Of a stretch of DNA of 64,000 nucleotides, positions 60,205 through 64,000 are shown piece by piece (within the stretch, counting starts at the first letter, position 1; each line of letters starts with the position of its first letter). The notes under the pieces are model-generated. The model searched no databases. It had not been told where the DNA came from and saw nothing but the letters and a program-made list of their open reading frames with translations. Location of the stretch: contig JBAZFH010000001.1 of assembly GCA_041653535.1 (NCBI GenBank), positions 86,175 through 150,174 on the forward strand. Reading direction: 5' to 3'. Position numbers and translations under genes: made by a program. The DNA comes from Patescibacteria group bacterium (GTDB taxonomy: Bacteria > Patescibacteriota > Patescibacteriia > JACRDY01).

Positions 60205-60663
60205 ATGAGATGTCCTGCTTGTTATCATGAAGAAACTAAAGTCGTTGACTCGCGTACCGGAGCTGATGACATTTCTATTCGTCGTCGTCGAGAATGTCTC
60301 AAATGCGGTTTTCGTTTTTCAACCCAAGAAGAAGTGGTAATTCTTGATTTAACAGTAATAAAAAAAGACGGTCATAAAGAGTCTTACTCTAGAGAAAAAC
60401 TCCAGGGTGGTCTGAAAAAGGCATTAGAAAAGCGTCCGATTAGTCGTGATGACTTTTTAAAACTAGTAAATAATATTGAACGTGATATTCAAGTCAGATC
60501 AAAAGGCAATGAAATAAGCACTGTACAAATTGGAGAACTGGTAATGAAGCGGTTAAAAAAAGTAGATAAAATTGGTTTTATAAGATTTGCTTCCGTGTAC
60601 CAGTCTTTCAAAGATGCTAAGGCTTTTCAGCAAGAGTTGGGGAAGTTACTAGGGAAAGACTAG
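60205..60663 (+). CDS. nrdR: Transcriptional repressor NrdR
   Basis: Zn ribbon 'MRCPACYHEETKVVDSR...CLKCGFRF' followed by an ATP-cone. Confidence 0.9.
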   Translation: MRCPACYHEETKVVDSRTGADDISIRRRRECLKCGFRFSTQEEVVILDLTVIKKDGHKESYSREKLQGGLKKALEKRPISRDDFLKLVNNIERDIQVRSKGNEISTVQIGELVMKRLKKVDKIGFIRFASVYQSFKDAKAFQQELGKLLGKD

Positions 60664-60790
60664 TTGGTAGTTGGTAGCTGGTAGTTGGGGATTAGAAAAT
60701 TTTTATAACCACCCGTCTACGTTCGCCGCGGCGGACTTCGGCGAGGCAAGCTAATCACTAATCACTAATCACTAACCACTAACCATCTGC
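60662..60790 (+). repeat. Two heptanucleotide microsatellite arrays: (TTGGTAG)~3.5 and (AATCACT)3+(AACCACT)
   Basis: 'agttggtagttggtagctggtagttgggg' and 'aatcactaatcactaatcactaaccactaaccatc', read directly from the nrdR-nrdD spacer. Confidence 0.75.
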
Positions 60791-60872
60791 CCGTAATACT
60801 ACCTGTCCGAAATGCCATATCAATGGCAGGCGGGCGCGGAAGCGTTGCAGGCGGGCTAACCACTAAATAATT

Positions 60873-62972
60873 ATGTCGGCAGCAGTTTTGGGTAAAAATC
60901 ACATCAAGCAAATCATCAAACGGGATGGGCGTATTGTTGATTTCGAACAAGAAAAAATCACTAATGCTATTTGGAAGGCGATGCAGGTCACTGGTGAAGG
61001 CAGTAAAAAAATAGCCGGAAAGGTGTCAGATCAGGTAGTAGATTTAGTCAGCAAAAAGTTTCACGAGAGATCAATTCCGGCTGTTGAAGAGATTCAAGAT
61101 ATTGTCGAAGAGGCTTTGATTCGCAATAGACATATCAAGACTGCCAAGGCCTATATTTTATATCGCGACCAGCGTCGTCAAATCAGAGATTTTCAGACGA
61201 TGATTGATTCTAACGAGCTAGTAGAGGGGTATTTGCGGCAAGTTGATTGGCGGGTCAAGGAAAATAGCAACATGAGTTATTCGTTACAGGGACTTAACAA
61301 CCACGTTGCTTCAGCCGTATCAGCTCATTATTGGCTTAACCGGGTTTATCCTGTAGAGATTCGCGAGGCTCACTCTAGCGCAGGTATTCATATTCACGAT
61401 CTGCAGCTGCTCGCTGCTTATTGCTGTGGTTGGGATCTTAAGGATTTGCTTGTCAAAGGTTTTGCTGGTGCAGCCGGTAAGGTAGAAAGTAAACCAGCCA
61501 AGCATTTTCGTACCGCTCTTGGTCAGCTAGTTAACTTTTTTTATACTTTGCAGGGCGAAGCCGCTGGCGCACAGGCGGTGGCAAACTTTGACACGCTACT
61601 TGCTCCGTTTATTCGTTACGACAAACTTGATTATAAAGAGGTAAAGCAAGCATTGCAAGAATTTTTGTTTAACATGAACGTCCCGACTCGAGTTGGTTTT
61701 CAAACCCCATTTACTAATGTGACTCTAGATTTACAAGTGCCTTCTTATTATCGCGACGAAGCCGTGATTATTGGGGGCAAGTTAATGCCGGAAAAATATG
61801 GCGAGTTTCAGGCAGAGTTAGATACTTTCAACCAAGCCTTTGCCGAAGTATTGTCTGAAGGTGACGCTAAGGGACGCGTTTTTACCTTTCCCATTCCAAC
61901 TTACAATATCACCAAGGATTTTAACTGGGAAAACAGAGTCTTGGATAAAGTTTGGGAAATGACTGCCAAATACGGTATTCCTTATTTTGCCAATTTTGTT
62001 AACTCGGACATGAATCCGGAAGATGCTCGTTCAATGTGTTGCCGTTTGCGTCTGGATAACAGAGACTTACGTCGTCGGGGTGGCGGACTTTTCGGCGCCA
62101 ATCCGCTAACTGGCAGTATCGGAGTAGTTACTATAAATTTGCCGCGGATTGGTTATTTGGCTAAAGGAAAAAGTTTAGACGAACTAAAGGCATCTCTGGC
62201 TGAAATTATGGACTTAGCCCGCTCTAGTCTGGATATTAAACGTAAAACTCTGGAAAATTTTACCGAGCAGGGTCTTTATCCTTATTCTTCTTTTTACCTT
62301 CGTGGTGTCAGGGAGCGTTTTGGCGAATACTGGAAGAACCATTTTAATACCATTGGTATTAATGGTATGAACGAACTATTACTTAACTATTTAGGACCGG
62401 ATAAAAATATTGCTACCCCAGAAGGAAAGGCGCTTGCCACCGAATTGATGGATTTTATGAGAGAAAAAATTGGTAAATACCAGGAGGAATCTAATAGCTT
62501 GTTTAATCTTGAAGCTACGCCAGCTGAAGGTACTTCTTATCGTTTTGCCAAGCATGACAAAAAACATTATCCTGATATTCTTGTGGCCAACGAAGACGCT
62601 TATAAAGAAAAGAACGCCGACCCTTATTATACTAACTCGACTCATTTGCCGGTTAATTATACCAACGATATTTTTGAAGCCCTCGATTTACAAGATGACT
62701 TGCAGTCTAAATATACCGGCGGTACCGTGTTGCACGGTTTTATTGGTGAAAAAATGCCGTCACCGGAAGCGACTAAAAATTTGGTCCGTAAAATCGCTGA
62801 AAATTATCATTTGCCATATTATACTATCACTCCGACTTTTTCGGTTTGCCCTAAACATGGATATATTGCCGGTGAGCATTTTTTCTGCCCCAAATGCGAT
62901 GAAGAAATCGGTCTGGTAAACGAGCAGACCAAAGCAGATTTGCCTATTGAGTCGCTGACTCCGCAAAATTAA
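60873..62972 (+). CDS. nrdD: Anaerobic ribonucleoside-triphosphate reductase (class III) NrdD, lacking the C-terminal glycyl-radical motif
   Basis: N-terminal ATP-cone. Active-site 'MCCRLRLDNRDLRRRGGGLFGANPLTGSIGVVTINLPRIG'. C-terminal Zn site 'CPKH...CPKC', then a stop with no 'RxxGY'. Confidence 0.85.
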   Translation: MSAAVLGKNHIKQIIKRDGRIVDFEQEKITNAIWKAMQVTGEGSKKIAGKVSDQVVDLVSKKFHERSIPAVEEIQDIVEEALIRNRHIKTAKAYILYRDQRRQIRDFQTMIDSNELVEGYLRQVDWRVKENSNMSYSLQGLNNHVASAVSAHYWLNRVYPVEIREAHSSAGIHIHDLQLLAAYCCGWDLKDLLVKGFAGAAGKVESKPAKHFRTALGQLVNFFYTLQGEAAGAQAVANFDTLLAPFIRYDKLDYKEVKQALQEFLFNMNVPTRVGFQTPFTNVTLDLQVPSYYRDEAVIIGGKLMPEKYGEFQAELDTFNQAFAEVLSEGDAKGRVFTFPIPTYNITKDFNWENRVLDKVWEMTAKYGIPYFANFVNSDMNPEDARSMCCRLRLDNRDLRRRGGGLFGANPLTGSIGVVTINLPRIGYLAKGKSLDELKASLAEIMDLARSSLDIKRKTLENFTEQGLYPYSSFYLRGVRERFGEYWKNHFNTIGINGMNELLLNYLGPDKNIATPEGKALATELMDFMREKIGKYQEESNSLFNLEATPAEGTSYRFAKHDKKHYPDILVANEDAYKEKNADPYYTNSTHLPVNYTNDIFEALDLQDDLQSKYTGGTVLHGFIGEKMPSPEATKNLVRKIAENYHLPYYTITPTFSVCPKHGYIAGEHFFCPKCDEEIGLVNEQTKADLPIESLTPQN

Positions 62973-63012
62973 AAAAATAATAAAAATATAAAAAAGAATA
63001 ATTACAAATAAT

Positions 63013-63162
63013 ATGACAGCTAACAAATTGCAGCGTCAAGAATGTGAGGTTTACTCCCGCGTGGTCGGATACTTGCGTCCGGTTCAGCAATGGAACAAGG
63101 GTAAGCAAGCCGAGTTCCATGATCGCCAGGAGTATAACAAGCAACTTTGCGACAACTGCTAA
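63013..63162 (+). CDS. 49-aa ORF encoding an NrdD-type glycyl-radical motif ('SRVVGYL') with flanking Cys pairs. Probable detached C-terminal piece of NrdD.
   Basis: 'MTANKLQRQECEVYSRVVGYLRPVQQWNKGKQAEFHDRQEYNKQLCDNC'. It is in a different frame from nrdD, with an in-frame TAA at 62989-62991. Below the ORF-track size cut-off. Confidence 0.55.
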   Translation: MTANKLQRQECEVYSRVVGYLRPVQQWNKGKQAEFHDRQEYNKQLCDNC

Positions 63163-63232
63163 ACCTTTTTTACAAAAACAAAAATCAAAAAGCTGGTCTG
63201 TCTTTAGGACCACTTTTTGTTATAATAATCAT

Positions 63233-63934
63233 ATGTTAATAGGCGGATTACAAAAAACTTCGTTGATTGACTATCCGGGTAAAATAGCGGCGGTTGTTTT
63301 TACCGCTCGCTGCAATTTTAAATGCGGTTTTTGCCACAATCCGGAGCTATCCGGAGAGAAGGATCAATTAACCAAAGATTTTTTTCTTGAAAAGGAAATA
63401 TTGGATTTTTTGGAAAAAAGAAAAAAAGTGCTTGACGGCGCAGTGATTACCGGTGGTGAGCCGACGCTACACAAAGATTTACCTGAATTTATCAGAAAAA
63501 TTAAAAATTTTGGTCTAGCGGTGAAACTCGATACCAACGGCACTAATCCTAAAATGGTGGAAAAACTGATTAAAGAAAAGATGGTTGATTTTATCGCTAT
63601 GGATATCAAGGCGCCACTGCGGCTTTACGCCAAAGTGACAAACAGCAAGCTAGGCACGGATAATATCAAAAAAAGCATTAAGCTAATCATGAATAGCGGA
63701 ATTGACTATGAATTTCGTAGCACGTTGCTACCGGCGCTGCACACCAGGGAAGATGTCGCAGCGATGGCTAGGCTGATAAAAGGCGCCAAAAAATACGCTC
63801 TGCAAAAGTTTTTCTCTAGCGGTGGTAAGCTGCTCGACGAGAGTTTCGCTGATAAGCGTGGTTTTACGGATAAAGAAATGAAGGAATTGGCGGTAGTTTG
63901 TGAAGGCTTGGTTGAGAAGGTAGTGGTGAGGTAA
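63233..63934 (+). CDS. nrdG: Anaerobic ribonucleotide reductase activating protein (radical SAM) NrdG
   Basis: 'CNFKCGFCHNPE' CxxxCxxC, 'DGAVITGGEPTL'. ATG at 63233; the ORF-track 5' extension is in frame but non-homologous. Confidence 0.85.
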   Translation: MLIGGLQKTSLIDYPGKIAAVVFTARCNFKCGFCHNPELSGEKDQLTKDFFLEKEILDFLEKRKKVLDGAVITGGEPTLHKDLPEFIRKIKNFGLAVKLDTNGTNPKMVEKLIKEKMVDFIAMDIKAPLRLYAKVTNSKLGTDNIKKSIKLIMNSGIDYEFRSTLLPALHTREDVAAMARLIKGAKKYALQKFFSSGGKLLDESFADKRGFTDKEMKELAVVCEGLVEKVVVR

Positions 63935-64000
63935 AGGCACGCAGCGCGCGGCACGCGAGCGATAAAATATATGGATTTTAGAGATAGGGTTTACAAAATA

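Noticed and set aside
60662-60790. Heptamer arrays as a CRISPR array
   Set aside because: Units are 7 nt with no spacers. This is not a CRISPR architecture.
63044-63232. 5' extension of nrdG proposed by the ORF track (MRFTPAWSD...)
   Set aside because: The extension overlaps the small glycyl-radical ORF in another frame and has no homology to NrdG. ATG at 63233 gives the canonical N-terminus.

Overview
This is a 64-kb low-GC (~35-40%) bacterial chromosomal segment. The compact housekeeping genes, many secreted FG-GAP, S8 and giant surface proteins, an ECF sigma factor paired with a DUF5667 protein, and heavy glycosyltransferase content suggest a Patescibacteria/CPR-like organism; this is inference, not a database result. 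About 60 CDS are supported: cysS, nusA, yidC, groES-groEL preceded by a perfect CIRCE element, pyk, lgt, a DsbA-like gene, rplT-rpmI-infC, smpB, nrdR-nrdD-nrdG, glycosyltransferases, and Wzz/Wzy/GtrA/UXS envelope-glycan genes. RNA genes are three tRNAs (Leu-GAG, Val-TAC, Asp-GTC) and a tmRNA next to smpB. The most unusual observations follow. A ~3.6-kb high-GC (~58%) island encodes two secreted proteins that look diderm/myxobacterial in type; it sits between wzz-like and wzy-like genes. Two ~140-bp direct repeats flank a 2-kb cassette carrying a B12-binding radical SAM gene and an NDT-like gene. The NrdD glycyl-radical motif is encoded as a separate 49-aa ORF downstream of a truncated nrdD. 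A GC-rich intergenic element has mutually exclusive helices and may be an ncRNA. A G9 homopolymer lies in the divergent promoter region of an ECF sigma/anti-sigma/1285-aa surface-protein module. A 22-nt duplication of the tmRNA 3' end lies 95 bp from ssrA. Heptamer microsatellites occupy the nrdR-nrdD spacer. No CRISPR array, integrase or transposase was seen.
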